Assembly: GCA_965202805.1 (NCBI GenBank)
Contig: OZ241869.1
Span: 2,272,001-2,336,000, forward strand
Reading direction: 5' to 3'
Source of the DNA: Longimicrobiales bacterium
GTDB lineage: Bacteria > Gemmatimonadota > Gemmatimonadetes > Longimicrobiales > Gaopeijiaceae
Length of the DNA: 64,000 bases
Under the pieces are notes generated by a model that was not told the origin of the DNA, searched no databases, and worked only from the letters and a program-made list of their open reading frames with translations. Numbering within the stretch: the first letter of the stretch is position 1; each line of letters starts with the position of its first letter. Of the stretch, positions 32,038 to 42,608 are shown in pieces. Both the position numbers and the translations under genes were made by a program.

Positions 32038-34335
32038 ATGACCGGTCTCCAATCGCAAGGAGAAGCCATGCTCAAGCCGACATCCGATACATACGGCCGG
32101 TGCGAACTTCCGACGCGCGCAACCCATTCCCGAGATGAGTTCGATGGGCAATCCCGGGATTTGCCCCGCCTGCGCGGCGGACTGTTGCTCATTCCCTTCG
32201 CGGTGCTGGGGCTCGCATGCGGGAGCCCCTATCCACCGCCGCCGGAAACCGCACGGGAGCCCGTCGTCGACACCCTGCACGGCGTCGTCTTCACGGACCC
32301 GTACCGCTGGCTGGAGGACCAGGACAGCCCGGAGACGCGGGCCTGGATCGCCGGGCAGAACGCGTATGCCGAGCAGATCGTGGGCGAGTCGGAGCTGCGC
32401 ACCGGGCTGGAGGCGCGCCTGCGCGAGCTGATGGAAGCGCCCGGGCCGGTGTACCCGCAGCGACAGGGTGAATTCGAGTACTTCTCCTTCCGGCGGGCCG
32501 AGCGCGAGGTGGGCGCGATCTACCGGCGGCCAGCGCCGGAGGAGCCCGATGACGGCCCGTTTGACGCGACTGCCGACTACGAGGTGGTGATCGACCCGCT
32601 GGATCTGCGGGCGGACGGCACCACCAGCGTCGCGATTCAGGCAATGGAATCCAATTCCAGCTGGACCTGGGCACCGGGCGTCGACCCGGCCGACACTGTC
32701 GGTATTCGTCCCCCCGGGCGCGCGCTGATGGCGTACTCGATCCGGGACGGCGGCCGCGACGAGGTGGAGATCCGGATCCGCGACCTCGTCACCGGCGAAG
32801 ACCTTCCCGACCGGCTGCCGACGGCGCTCTACAGCAGCGTCTCCTTTGCCGACGGCGGAAGCGTCCTCTACTACGTCCGCCGATCCCGCCGGACGGGCCC
32901 TCGCGTCTACCGCCACGTCGTCGGCACCGACATCTCGGAGGATGTCGAGCTGTTCGGCGCGGGCATCGGGCCCACCGCCTTCGTCAACGCCTCAAGGGCG
33001 GGGGACGACCACCTCATCTACACGGTGCAGCACGGCTGGGCGCGCACCGACGTCTACCTTCACGACGTGCGGGCAGGCACGGAACCGGTTCCGCTGGTGG
33101 TCGGGGCGCCCGCCCGCTTCCGGACCCGCTGGATGGAGGGCGAGATCTACCTGCTCACCAACCTGGATGCGCCCCTGAACCGGGTGGTGGCCGTGAGGCC
33201 GGAGGCCCCGGCTCCAGGCCAGTGGCGCGAGGTCATCCCGGAGGGCGAGGATCTGCTGACGGGATATCAGTTCATCGGCGGCGACATCTTCGCCGACTAT
33301 CTGCACGACGTGAGCAGCCGCATCGTGCGGTACGGCCCGGACGGCGCGCTGAAGGGCGAGATCCCCATCCCCGAGCATCATGTGGCGTCGCTGCGCGGCC
33401 ATGGAGAGGGCGTTGCCCTGCTGTCCCTCACTTCGCTGCTCACGCCCCAGACCGTGCTCACACTCGACCTCGAGACGCTGGAGACGGAGGAATGGCGACC
33501 CTCCCCCGTGCCCTTCGACGGAAGCGCCTTCGAGATGAAGCAGGTGTGGTACACCTCCGCGGACGGGACCCAGGCGCCGATGTACCTGGCGCATCGCCGG
33601 GGACTCGAGCTGAACGGCAAGATCCCTGCCCTGCTTTACGGCTACGGCGGATTCAACGTGAGCCTGCTGCCGCGGTTCGATGCCCGCGCCGCCGTCTGGA
33701 TGGAGCAGGGCGGCGTGTATGCGATGGCGACGCTGCGCGGAGGAGGCGAGTTCGGAGAGGAGTGGCACCGGGACGGGATGCTTGAGAACAAGCCCAACGT
33801 CTTCGCCGACTTCATCGCCGCCGCCGAGTGGCTGGTCGAGAACGGCTACACCAACCCGGACAGGCTCGCCATCCGCGGCGCGAGCAACGGCGGGCTGCTG
33901 GTGGCGAGCGCCCTGACGCAGCGGCCGGATCTCTTCCGGGCCGTCTTCTGCGGCCTCCCCGACCTGGACATGGTGCGCTTCTACCAGTTCACCGAGACCA
34001 ACAACATGCCGGCGCTGCTCGAGTACGGGAACGCGGCCATCGCGGAGGAGTTCGAGGTGATCCGCACCTTCTCGCCCTACCAGAACGTGCGCGACGGGGT
34101 GGACTACCCGGCAGTGATGCTCACGCAGGGCGATCTGGACACGCGCGTGCCGCCGCTCCAGGCCCGCAAGATGGCGGCGCGGTTACAGGCGGCCACCGGT
34201 TCCGGATTGCCGGTGATCCTCGACTACGACGAGCGCACCGGCCACGCCGGCGGCCGCACCTTCAGCCGCAACGTGCGCAACGCGGCCATGGAACTGGCGT
34301 TCCTGCTGCAGCAGCTGGGGGCGGGGGAGGGATAG
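32038..34335 (+). CDS. Prolyl oligopeptidase (S9A), lipoprotein
   Basis: Lipobox LGLAC, DPYRWLED, YGYGGF, catalytic GASNGG, DTRV, GH; start uncertain. Confidence 0.92.
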   Translation: MTGLQSQGEAMLKPTSDTYGRCELPTRATHSRDEFDGQSRDLPRLRGGLLLIPFAVLGLACGSPYPPPPETAREPVVDTLHGVVFTDPYRWLEDQDSPETRAWIAGQNAYAEQIVGESELRTGLEARLRELMEAPGPVYPQRQGEFEYFSFRRAEREVGAIYRRPAPEEPDDGPFDATADYEVVIDPLDLRADGTTSVAIQAMESNSSWTWAPGVDPADTVGIRPPGRALMAYSIRDGGRDEVEIRIRDLVTGEDLPDRLPTALYSSVSFADGGSVLYYVRRSRRTGPRVYRHVVGTDISEDVELFGAGIGPTAFVNASRAGDDHLIYTVQHGWARTDVYLHDVRAGTEPVPLVVGAPARFRTRWMEGEIYLLTNLDAPLNRVVAVRPEAPAPGQWREVIPEGEDLLTGYQFIGGDIFADYLHDVSSRIVRYGPDGALKGEIPIPEHHVASLRGHGEGVALLSLTSLLTPQTVLTLDLETLETEEWRPSPVPFDGSAFEMKQVWYTSADGTQAPMYLAHRRGLELNGKIPALLYGYGGFNVSLLPRFDARAAVWMEQGGVYAMATLRGGGEFGEEWHRDGMLENKPNVFADFIAAAEWLVENGYTNPDRLAIRGASNGGLLVASALTQRPDLFRAVFCGLPDLDMVRFYQFTETNNMPALLEYGNAAIAEEFEVIRTFSPYQNVRDGVDYPAVMLTQGDLDTRVPPLQARKMAARLQAATGSGLPVILDYDERTGHAGGRTFSRNVRNAAMELAFLLQQLGAGEG

Positions 34336-34409
34336 CCATCCGAGGTTCCGCAGCCGCAGCCAGCGGCCCGCTCTCACGGTTGGTAGTGGTGGGCATACCC
34401 TGTGTCATG

Positions 34410-34665
34410 GTCATAATGCGCTCGCCGTCGATCCTGTCGAGCGGCCAGAGTTGCACGCGCTCCACGTCGAATTCGTCCGTCATCAGGCCGAGAATGTAGT
34501 CCTCGCCGATCTCGAAGACATCCAGACCGGGCGGTGTTTCGACAAATCCCTGAACGCGGCCGTCCGCGTCGAAGACGGTCCAGACGTTCCGATCCTGGCC
34601 CGGGTACCTGTATTCCTGCACCCAGAGATGCCCCAGTGGATCCGGCTGCAGTGCCTCGAAGGCGA
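34410..34665 (-). pseudogene. C-terminal fragment of a 6-bladed beta-propeller protein
   Basis: AFEALQPDPLGHLWVQEY..WTVFDADGR..G.VETPPGLDVFEIGEDYILG...DEFDVERVQLWPL with no upstream body. Confidence 0.6.
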
Positions 34666-34880
34666 CTGAGGGTTCTTTCTGGCGGTTTTCTGGCTTCGTT
34701 GGGTAGTCTTGCCGTCGCCGGCAAGGGGAACTGCCGCGCCCTGCGCCCGGGCGATGAGCGCATACATCCGCGGGTGTCGGTCAGGCGCCGGCCCCACGTC
34801 CTGGGACAGCAGCTCCGATCCCCGGAAGCAGGCGATATTCAAGTAGGCTTCGGCACTCAAGAGAAGGGTAGATCAGCCCG

Positions 34881-35354
34881 GTGTCCGACAATCCCCGTCA
34901 AACGGCTTCGGACCGCGTCTTCGCCGCCAGTCAGTGGGTGCCGACCCCGCTGGACGAGGCGTTTGCGTTCTTCGCCGACCCGTGGAACCTGGAGCGCATC
35001 ACCCCGCCCTTCCTGCGCTTCCGCATCGTCACGCCCGCGCCGATCAGGATGGGGGCGGGAACGCTGATCGACTATCGTCTGCGGCTGCGCGGGATTCCGG
35101 TCCGCTGGCGCACGGAGATCACCGCCTGGGACCCTCCCCGGGGGTTCACCGACGTGCAGTTGCGCGGCCCTTACCGGAAGTGGGTCCATCGCCATGACTT
35201 CGTGGAGGAGAACGGAGGCACCCGGGTTGATGACACCGTGATCTACGCAGTTCCGGGAGGCGCGCTGGTGGACCGGCTGATCGTTCGGCCGGACCTGGAA
35301 CGGATTTTCGGGTATCGGCGCAAGGCGATCCGGGAGCTGTTGGGAGGGCCTTAG
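34881..35354 (+). CDS. SRPBCC family protein
   Basis: FAFFADPWNLERITPP, FTDVQLRGPY..W.HRH, IFGYRR. Confidence 0.88.
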   Translation: MSDNPRQTASDRVFAASQWVPTPLDEAFAFFADPWNLERITPPFLRFRIVTPAPIRMGAGTLIDYRLRLRGIPVRWRTEITAWDPPRGFTDVQLRGPYRKWVHRHDFVEENGGTRVDDTVIYAVPGGALVDRLIVRPDLERIFGYRRKAIRELLGGP

Positions 35355-35457
35355 GCTCTGACTCAGGTCGATTGGCGTGGGAACCCGTTTCGGAGCCTGC
35401 CCGGCGGGCGTATCCTGTTTCTGTCCTCCGCCGATCCCTTCACGGCCCGGGGTGCCC

Positions 35458-36273
35458 GTGCACCAGCCGCCACCTCTCCTCGAACTCAACGATCTCACCC
35501 TGCGCTTCGGGGGCGTAACCGCGCTCTCCGGTCTCAGCATGGAGGTTCGCGAGGGAGAGTTGCTGGCTCTCATCGGCCCCAACGGCGCAGGGAAGACCAG
35601 CGTCCTCAACTGCATTTCGGGTCTCTATCGTGCGCAGGAAGGGAGCATCACCCTGACCGGCCGCGAGGGAACTCGGCACGCCCTCGACCGCCTGCCGCCG
35701 CACCGAATCGCGGCGCTGGGCGTCGCGCGCACCTTCCAGAACATCGAGCTCTTCAAGCATATGACGGTGCTCGACAACCTCATGCTGGGCCGCCACGTGC
35801 ACATGAAGGGAGGCGTGCTCAGCGGCGGGATCCACCTGGGTCGCCAGCGCCGCAGGGAAATCGAGCACCGCCGCTGCGTGGAGGAGGTCATCGACTTCAT
35901 GAACCTGGAGCCGCTGCGGAGCGCGGTGGTGGGAAGTCTGGCGTATGGCAACCAGCGGTTGGTGGAGATGGCGCGTGCGCTGGCTCTCGATCCCCATGTC
36001 CTCCTCCTGGACGAGCCCACGGCCGGCATGAACGCGGAGGAAAAGGAGTCGATGGCGCGCTTCATTCTCGACGTGCACGAGGAGCGGGGCGTCACAGTGG
36101 TGGTGATCGACCATGACATCAACGTGGTCATGGACATCGCCGACCGGGTCGTGGTGCTCGATTTCGGCAGGCGGATCGCGCAGGGGAGTCCGGAGCAGGT
36201 GAGGAATGACGCGGCGGTGATCGAAGCCTACCTGGGGCACGCGAGGGATGAGAGCGAGCCTGTGCCCCGCTGA
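35458..36273 (+). CDS. Branched-chain amino acid-type ABC ATPase (LivG-like)
   Basis: FGGVTAL, GPNGAGKT, ARTFQNIELF, LLDEPTAGM, VIEAYLG. Confidence 0.92.
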   Translation: MHQPPPLLELNDLTLRFGGVTALSGLSMEVREGELLALIGPNGAGKTSVLNCISGLYRAQEGSITLTGREGTRHALDRLPPHRIAALGVARTFQNIELFKHMTVLDNLMLGRHVHMKGGVLSGGIHLGRQRRREIEHRRCVEEVIDFMNLEPLRSAVVGSLAYGNQRLVEMARALALDPHVLLLDEPTAGMNAEEKESMARFILDVHEERGVTVVVIDHDINVVMDIADRVVVLDFGRRIAQGSPEQVRNDAAVIEAYLGHARDESEPVPR

Positions 36274-36583
36274 TTCGGGCGAACCCGGAGTGGGACCTGG
36301 CGCCGGGGGAGCTTCAGCCGCCAGGTTTTGGGCGGGCTTCGAGTGCCTTCCGAAGCTGTCCGGCGACTGCCTCGGGGGTGGCCGGCGTCCGGTGTGGTCG
36401 GCAATGTCCGGTACACCCGGCCCGCCAATTGCATCGCATCAATCGGGGCGCCGTGGCAACGGAGCCAGGTTTCGGCCGCTGGGAGTAATCCGGAACTGCC
36501 TGTTGTCGCCGTCTTGCCGCGCAATCGTCCCTGCGCGTGGACGGTTGCGCGGCAGATCGACCACGCGGAGAGGGAGCAGGACG

Positions 36584-38464
36584 ATGGACGATCACGACAA
36601 ACGCGAAAGCGTCCGGCGAGCGATGTCGATCGGCCTCGCCGCCGTAGTGCTGTTCGCCACATGCAGTGATCCGACGGGTCCAGTGGACGGGGATCCGACG
36701 GGTCCAGTGGACGGGGATCCGACGGATCAGCCCAGACCGGCACTGCCGGCAGCGCTCCTGTTTTCGGCGGACACCGTGAACCTGGTCGCCGAAGACGCCA
36801 GCTCGCTGTCCTACGCGGGGACCGTCGTCCTTTCCAACACCGGGCAGGTTGCGGTCGGCCCGGTCGTGCTCTCCGGGCGCGCGGCCACGAGCGGGGATGT
36901 GAGCGTGCCGCGCATCGTGCCGAAGGCCTCGCCGTCGGAGATTCCGACGCTCAACGTGGGGGCGCGGGCGACCGTCTCGATCACGGTCACCGTGCCTGCG
37001 ATCACGTTGGCGGGTGCGTATGAAGCCATGCTCCAGGCGGGCGCCGCCGAGGCGGGTGCGGTTCTCGGCCTGCGGTTCGATGTGCCCGAGCGAGCCGCGG
37101 CCGTTGACGGCACGCACGTCACGGTCTCGGCGGGGAGCGGGAGCGTCCGGCAGGGCGACGTGGTTCGGTACGCGGCACAGGTCCGGGACAGCGCGGGCGC
37201 GGTGGTCGAGGGGGCGGATGTCGCGTGGTCCGTGACGCCGGCGGGCGGCGGGATGTTCGACGCCGAGGGTCGGTTCGTCCCCTACGCCGCCGGCGAAGTC
37301 GAGGTCGTCGCCCGGACCGCGGTCACGAAGGACGGCACCGTGCGCATGGCTACGGCCGGCATGCCGGTCACGGTTCGCCCGCGCGGCGTTCACGGCTCGC
37401 TGCGCAAGGTGGGCGAAGGCCGCGTCGGCGCCCGCCACACCTCCGATCTCTGGGTCCACGGCGACTACGCCTACACGGGCACCTGGGGCACCCGCGAGGG
37501 GGAGGTCGGCAACCAGCTCTACGCCTGGACTCTGGACGGCCAGGGCATGCCCACGCTCTCCGACTCGATCACGGTGGACGCGCGCACGGTGAACGATGTC
37601 AAGATCCGGGCCGACGGCCGCCTGGGCGTGCTCACGCACGAGGACGGAGACGCGACCGATGGCGGGCGCAACGGGGTCACGTTCTTCGACCTGGCCGACC
37701 CGGCCCATCCGCGCGTCGTCAGCCGTTTCTCGACCGGCCTGGAGCCGGGAGTCCACAACGCGTGGCTGGAGGGCGACCATGCCTATCTGGTCGTGGACGG
37801 CGTGGGCAGCGGCCTGCGCATCCTGGACATCTCCGACCCGGCCTCCCCGCGGGTGGCCGCGAGCTTCTACGGCGGCTCCAGCTTCCTTCACGATGTCTAC
37901 GTGCGCGACGGACTCGCCTTCCTGTCGCACTGGGACGCGGGGCTCATCATCCTTGATGTGGGCAACGGCATGGCGGGCGGGTCGCCCGCCAACCCGGTCG
38001 AGGTGAGCCGCCTTTCGGACCTGGGCGGCGAGACCCACAACGTCTGGTACTGGCCCGAGGCCGGCTACGCCTTCGTGGGCGAGGAGCAGTTCGGGCACTC
38101 GAAGGGACCGTCGGGGATCATGCATGTAGTGGATCTGAGCGACATATTGCGCCCGCGCGAGGTGGCCACCTACGAGGTCCCGGGCGCCACCTCGCACAAC
38201 TACTGGCTGGACGAGGAGGCGGGCACGCTCTACCTGGCCTGGTACGAACAGGGGGTGCGGATGCTGGACGTCACGGGCGAACTGATGGGCCGGCTCGAGC
38301 GGCAGGGCCGCGAAGCCGCCTTCATCCGGTACGCGGGGGAGGCCGAGGACTGCCTGTGGGATCCCGGGGCGACCTGCGCATGGGCGCCCCAGCTGCACGG
38401 CAACGGCAAGCTGTACGCCTCGGACATGAACCACGGACTGGTCGTGCTGGAGCCCGGCCGGTGA
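36584..38464 (+). CDS. LVIVD-repeat beta-propeller lipoprotein with Ig-like domains
   Basis: Signal peptide ending FATC, Ig-like segment, repeats LRILDISDP, LIILDV, MHVVDLSD, VRMLDV. Confidence 0.8.
   Translation: MDDHDKRESVRRAMSIGLAAVVLFATCSDPTGPVDGDPTGPVDGDPTDQPRPALPAALLFSADTVNLVAEDASSLSYAGTVVLSNTGQVAVGPVVLSGRAATSGDVSVPRIVPKASPSEIPTLNVGARATVSITVTVPAITLAGAYEAMLQAGAAEAGAVLGLRFDVPERAAAVDGTHVTVSAGSGSVRQGDVVRYAAQVRDSAGAVVEGADVAWSVTPAGGGMFDAEGRFVPYAAGEVEVVARTAVTKDGTVRMATAGMPVTVRPRGVHGSLRKVGEGRVGARHTSDLWVHGDYAYTGTWGTREGEVGNQLYAWTLDGQGMPTLSDSITVDARTVNDVKIRADGRLGVLTHEDGDATDGGRNGVTFFDLADPAHPRVVSRFSTGLEPGVHNAWLEGDHAYLVVDGVGSGLRILDISDPASPRVAASFYGGSSFLHDVYVRDGLAFLSHWDAGLIILDVGNGMAGGSPANPVEVSRLSDLGGETHNVWYWPEAGYAFVGEEQFGHSKGPSGIMHVVDLSDILRPREVATYEVPGATSHNYWLDEEAGTLYLAWYEQGVRMLDVTGELMGRLERQGREAAFIRYAGEAEDCLWDPGATCAWAPQLHGNGKLYASDMNHGLVVLEPGR
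36668..36725 (+). repeat. 24-bp tandem repeat (2.4 copies) encoding DPTGPVDG linker
   Basis: GATCCGACGGGTCCAGTGGACGGG x2 plus GATCCGACGG. Confidence 0.9.
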
Positions 38465-38511
38465 GGCGGTGGCGCGGCTGGCCGGTGCCGCATGGAACCG
38501 GCGCTGGCGCC

Positions 38512-39561
38512 ATGCCGCGCCGACTCGCCACCCTCGTTCCGCTGCTGTTGACGGTCGCTTGCGGCCGTTCCCCTGATCGTCCAGACGAGGACGCCCCGCG
38601 CCTGTACGTGACGTCCGGGTTCACGGACGAGATCCACGTGCTGGACGCCCGCGACGGTACGGGCCTGCGCACGATCTCGATCGACCGCCGCCGCACCGAG
38701 ACCGACGAGCCCCACGGCGTGACCGTCTCCCGCGACGGCCGCCACTGGTACGCGACGCTCGCCCACGGCCACCCCACCCTGTGGAAGTACGAGACCGACG
38801 GCGACCGGCTGGTCGGACGCCTCGAGCTGGATATCCCGGGCGCGGCGCGGGTGGAACTCACGCCCGACGGCGGCCGCGCCTTCATTCCGGACTACTGGAG
38901 GGGCGGCCTCGGGAAGGAGAGCAGCGTGGCCGTGGTGGACGTCCACGACCTGACCGTGGCGGCCATGCCGGTCGTCTGCCCCGCTCCCCACCACGCCGCC
39001 GTCGACCCGCCCGGGACGCGGGTCGCCGTGACCTGCTCGCTGTCCGATGAGATCGTCCTGATGGACGCGGGCTCGGCAACGACGCTGACCCGTTTTCCCG
39101 CCGGACCCGCAGCCGGAACGGCGCGCTACACGCCCATGAACGCCGCGTGGAGCCCCGACGGTGCCCGCTTCCACGTCACCATGGCCGGAACCGGCGAGGT
39201 GCGGACGTTCTCCCGGACCGGAGACCCTGAAGGCGTGGTCGCGGTCGGTCGGGGCCCGGCCCAGATCGCGGGATCGGAGGATGGACGGGTGCTGGTGGTG
39301 GCCAACCGACTGGGCGGCTCGGTCTCGGTGCTCGACCCGGCCAACCTGACGGAGGTGCGCCGCATCGAGCTGCCCGGGGCGGCGTTCCCGCACGGAGTCG
39401 CCCTCGATCCCGCTGGCGAGATCGCCTACGTGACCTGGGAGGGCCGGGTGGGCGAGTCCGGTGGGGTTGCCGCCCTTCGGATCGGCACGGGGGACGTGTT
39501 GTGGAGGCGCGAGGTCGGCGTCATGACCCTCGGCGTGGCGTACCTCGCCGGCCGCCCCTGA
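38512..39561 (+). CDS. YncE/YVTN beta-propeller lipoprotein
   Basis: Lipobox LTVAC, LYVT, PHGV repeats, VANRLGGSVSVLD. Confidence 0.8.
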   Translation: MPRRLATLVPLLLTVACGRSPDRPDEDAPRLYVTSGFTDEIHVLDARDGTGLRTISIDRRRTETDEPHGVTVSRDGRHWYATLAHGHPTLWKYETDGDRLVGRLELDIPGAARVELTPDGGRAFIPDYWRGGLGKESSVAVVDVHDLTVAAMPVVCPAPHHAAVDPPGTRVAVTCSLSDEIVLMDAGSATTLTRFPAGPAAGTARYTPMNAAWSPDGARFHVTMAGTGEVRTFSRTGDPEGVVAVGRGPAQIAGSEDGRVLVVANRLGGSVSVLDPANLTEVRRIELPGAAFPHGVALDPAGEIAYVTWEGRVGESGGVAALRIGTGDVLWRREVGVMTLGVAYLAGRP

Positions 39562-39666
39562 CAATCCCGGGACTCGAGCAGAGACCCCGGTTTTCGCGGC
39601 GGGGGCGTCGTCCTTATCGTACCCCTGCCCGCCTCCGGTCCATAACGCTCGCCCCCCGGCCACGCC

Positions 39667-41634
39667 GTGCCCACAGCACACACTCCCGACACCCTCCCCG
39701 GCCTGCTCGCCCACCACGCCGCCAGGCGCCCCGGCCAGGTCGCGCTGCGCGAGAAGGAGTTCGGCATCTGGCAGGAGATCACCTGGACGGAATACCTCGG
39801 CAGGGTGAGCGCCTTCTCGCTCGGACTCTCGGAGCTGGGCGTCGAGCGGGGGGACCGGATCGCGATCGTCGGGGACAACCGGCCCGAGTGGACGATCGCC
39901 GAGCTCGCGGCCCAGGCCGGAGGCGTCCTGCCTCTCGGGCTCTACCAGGACTCGATCGCGGGCGAGCTGGCGAGGATGCTCGAGGCCGCCGAGGCGCGCG
40001 TCATCGTCGCCGAGGACCAGGAGCAGGTCGACAAGGTGCTGGAGGTCCGCGACCAGGTGCCCGGACTCGAGTACATCATCTACTACGATTCCCGGGGGAT
40101 GTACGGCTACGAGGCCCCCGGACTCATGTCCTTCGAGGAGGTCGAGGCGCTGGGCGATCGCGCGCACCGCCGTTCGCCGGAGGAATTCGGCCGCAGGGTC
40201 GCGGCCCTCAAGCCCGGCGACATCGCGCTCCTGTGCACGACGTCGGGCACCACCAGCATACCCAAGCTGGCCATGCTCTCCCACGAGAACCTGATCGCCA
40301 TGGCGGCGCAGCTGCGCACCGTGGACGCGATGAACCCGGGGGACGAGTTCGTTTCGTTTCTGCCCCTGGCCTGGATCGGGGAACAGATGATCGGCGTGGC
40401 CAGCGCGCTGCTGGCGGGGTTCACGGTCAACTTCCCCGAGGAGGCGGCCACGGCGCGCATGGACATGCGCGAGATCGGCCCGGCCTTCCTCATGTCGCCC
40501 CCGCGCATCTGGGAGAACATGGTCTCCGACGTACAGGTCATGGCCGAGGACACCACCCGCCTCAAACGGTGGTTCTACGGCTGGGCCATGAAGCAGGGCG
40601 CGGCGACCGCCGAAGCGCGGTTCCGGGGAAGGCGCATCGGTCCGGTCCGGCGCCTGGGCCACCGACTCGCGGACTGGACGGTCTTCCATCCCATCCGCGA
40701 CCAGCTCGGGCTCAGCCGGGTGCGGCGCGCGTACACGGGAGGGGCGGCCCTCGGGCCCGATGTCTTTCGATTCTACCACGCCATCGGCGTCAACCTGAAG
40801 CAGCTCTACGGCCAGACCGAGGTGTCGGGGATTTCGGTGGTGCACCGGGACGGCGACATCCGCTTCCAGACGGTGGGCCTGCCGCTGCCCCGGACCGAGA
40901 TCCGGATCTCGGACGATGGAGAGATTCTCTGTCGCGGTCCGGCGGTGTTCCAGGGGTACTTCCGCAATCCGGCGGCCACCGGGGAGGCGCTCGACGGCAG
41001 CTGGCTGCACTCGGGCGATGCCGGCTATTTCGACGACGATGGCCACCTGGTGGTGATCGACCGGCTGGCCGACGTGATGCGCCTCGCCGACGGGACCCAC
41101 TTCTCCCCGCAGTTCGTCGAGAACAAGCTCAAGTTCAGCCCCCACATCCGCGAGGCGGTTGTCTTCGGAGGCGAGGCCGGCGACGACGCCACGGGAGCGT
41201 CCGGGCCGGGCCCGCCGGGCGCGGGATCCGCGGGTGCCCGGTTCGTCACCGCGATGATCGCCATCGACATGGAGAACGCGGGGCAGTGGGCGGAGCGCCA
41301 CCGCATCGCCTACACCACCTTCACCGACCTGGCCCGGCGGCCCGAGGTGTACGCTCTCGTCCGCGCGCATGTGGCCGAGGTGAACGAGGAACTGCCCGAC
41401 GCCGCCCGCATCCACCGCTTCCTGCTGCTGCACAAGGAGCTGCACGCCGACGACGCGGAGCTGACCCGCACGCGCAAGGTCCGCCGCCGCCACATCACCG
41501 ACCGCTTCGCGGAGATCATCGAGGCCTTGCAGGGCGAAGCCGATTCGGTCACGGTGGCGACCGAGATCACCTACCAGGACGGTCGCACCGCGGCGGTCGA
41601 GCACGAACTGCGCATCGAGACGATGGACCGCTGA
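39667..41634 (+). CDS. Long-chain acyl-CoA synthetase (AMP-binding)
   Basis: TTSGTTSIPK, YGQTE, WLHSGDAG, ELTRTRKVRR. Confidence 0.92.
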   Translation: MPTAHTPDTLPGLLAHHAARRPGQVALREKEFGIWQEITWTEYLGRVSAFSLGLSELGVERGDRIAIVGDNRPEWTIAELAAQAGGVLPLGLYQDSIAGELARMLEAAEARVIVAEDQEQVDKVLEVRDQVPGLEYIIYYDSRGMYGYEAPGLMSFEEVEALGDRAHRRSPEEFGRRVAALKPGDIALLCTTSGTTSIPKLAMLSHENLIAMAAQLRTVDAMNPGDEFVSFLPLAWIGEQMIGVASALLAGFTVNFPEEAATARMDMREIGPAFLMSPPRIWENMVSDVQVMAEDTTRLKRWFYGWAMKQGAATAEARFRGRRIGPVRRLGHRLADWTVFHPIRDQLGLSRVRRAYTGGAALGPDVFRFYHAIGVNLKQLYGQTEVSGISVVHRDGDIRFQTVGLPLPRTEIRISDDGEILCRGPAVFQGYFRNPAATGEALDGSWLHSGDAGYFDDDGHLVVIDRLADVMRLADGTHFSPQFVENKLKFSPHIREAVVFGGEAGDDATGASGPGPPGAGSAGARFVTAMIAIDMENAGQWAERHRIAYTTFTDLARRPEVYALVRAHVAEVNEELPDAARIHRFLLLHKELHADDAELTRTRKVRRRHITDRFAEIIEALQGEADSVTVATEITYQDGRTAAVEHELRIETMDR

Positions 41635-41638
41635 TTCC

Positions 41639-42511
41639 ATGGACATCTTCCTGCAACTGACCGTCTCCGGACTCAGCACGGGGATGATCTACGCCCTGGC
41701 GGCGGCCGGGTTCGTGGTCATCTACAAGGCCAGCGACGTCATCAACTTCGCCCAGGGCGACCTGCTCCTGCTGGGGACCTACCTGATCTTCTTCGCCGTC
41801 GCCCAGACCGGGCTGCCGTGGAGCCTCGGGGTGTTGGTGACCGTGCTGTTGGCGGTCGCGGTGGCCCTGGCCGTCGAGCGCCTGGTGCTTCGTCCCCTTG
41901 TGGGCGAGCCCATCATCTCGATGATCATGGTGACCATCGGGCTGTCGTCGGTGCTCAGGGGAGCCATCAATGCCATCTGGGGCCCCAACCCGCGCTCGTT
42001 CGAGTCCTTCCTGTCCGCGGGCGACATCGTCATCGGGCCCGCGGTGCTCTCGGCGGCGCGCGTGCTCTCCATTCCCATCGCTCTGGCCGTGCTCGCGGCG
42101 CTCGGGCTCTTCTTCCGCCACACCCGCGACGGCATCGCCATGCGCGCCATCGCCGACGACCAGCAGGCGGCGCTCAGCATGGGAATCAGCATCCCGCGCG
42201 TGTTCGGGGTGGCCTGGGGGATGGCGGCCGCCTCAGCCGCGATCGGGGGGATCATGCTGGGCAACATCGTGGGGGTGAGCCCCAACGTGGCGGCCATCGG
42301 GCTGCGGGTCTTTCCCGTCGTCATCCTGGGCGGGCTGGACTCGATCGCGGGGGCGGTTGTCGGTGGCGCCATCATCGGGCTCCTCGAGGTCTACGTCGGC
42401 TTCTATGTCGGTCACGGGCTCAACCTGGTGGTGCCCTATCTGGTGCTCATCCTGGTGCTGATGGTCCGGCCCTACGGGCTCTTCGGGAAGGAGATCATCG
42501 AGCGCGTATGA
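41639..42511 (+). CDS. ABC permease (LivH-like)
   Basis: INFAQG, VILGGLDS, LMVRPYGLFG. Confidence 0.92.
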   Translation: MDIFLQLTVSGLSTGMIYALAAAGFVVIYKASDVINFAQGDLLLLGTYLIFFAVAQTGLPWSLGVLVTVLLAVAVALAVERLVLRPLVGEPIISMIMVTIGLSSVLRGAINAIWGPNPRSFESFLSAGDIVIGPAVLSAARVLSIPIALAVLAALGLFFRHTRDGIAMRAIADDQQAALSMGISIPRVFGVAWGMAAASAAIGGIMLGNIVGVSPNVAAIGLRVFPVVILGGLDSIAGAVVGGAIIGLLEVYVGFYVGHGLNLVVPYLVLILVLMVRPYGLFGKEIIERV

Positions 42512-42608
42512 GGACGGCACGACGGGTCGATGGGCGGGCGGCATCCATGCGATATGGGCGCGCCGGGACGGCCATCGGAGCGCGCCGCGGGGGCGAGAGG
42601 ATGTCCCG

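Noticed and set aside
36668..36725. CRISPR-like repeat
   Set aside because: Contiguous in-frame tandem repeat with no spacers and no cas genes.
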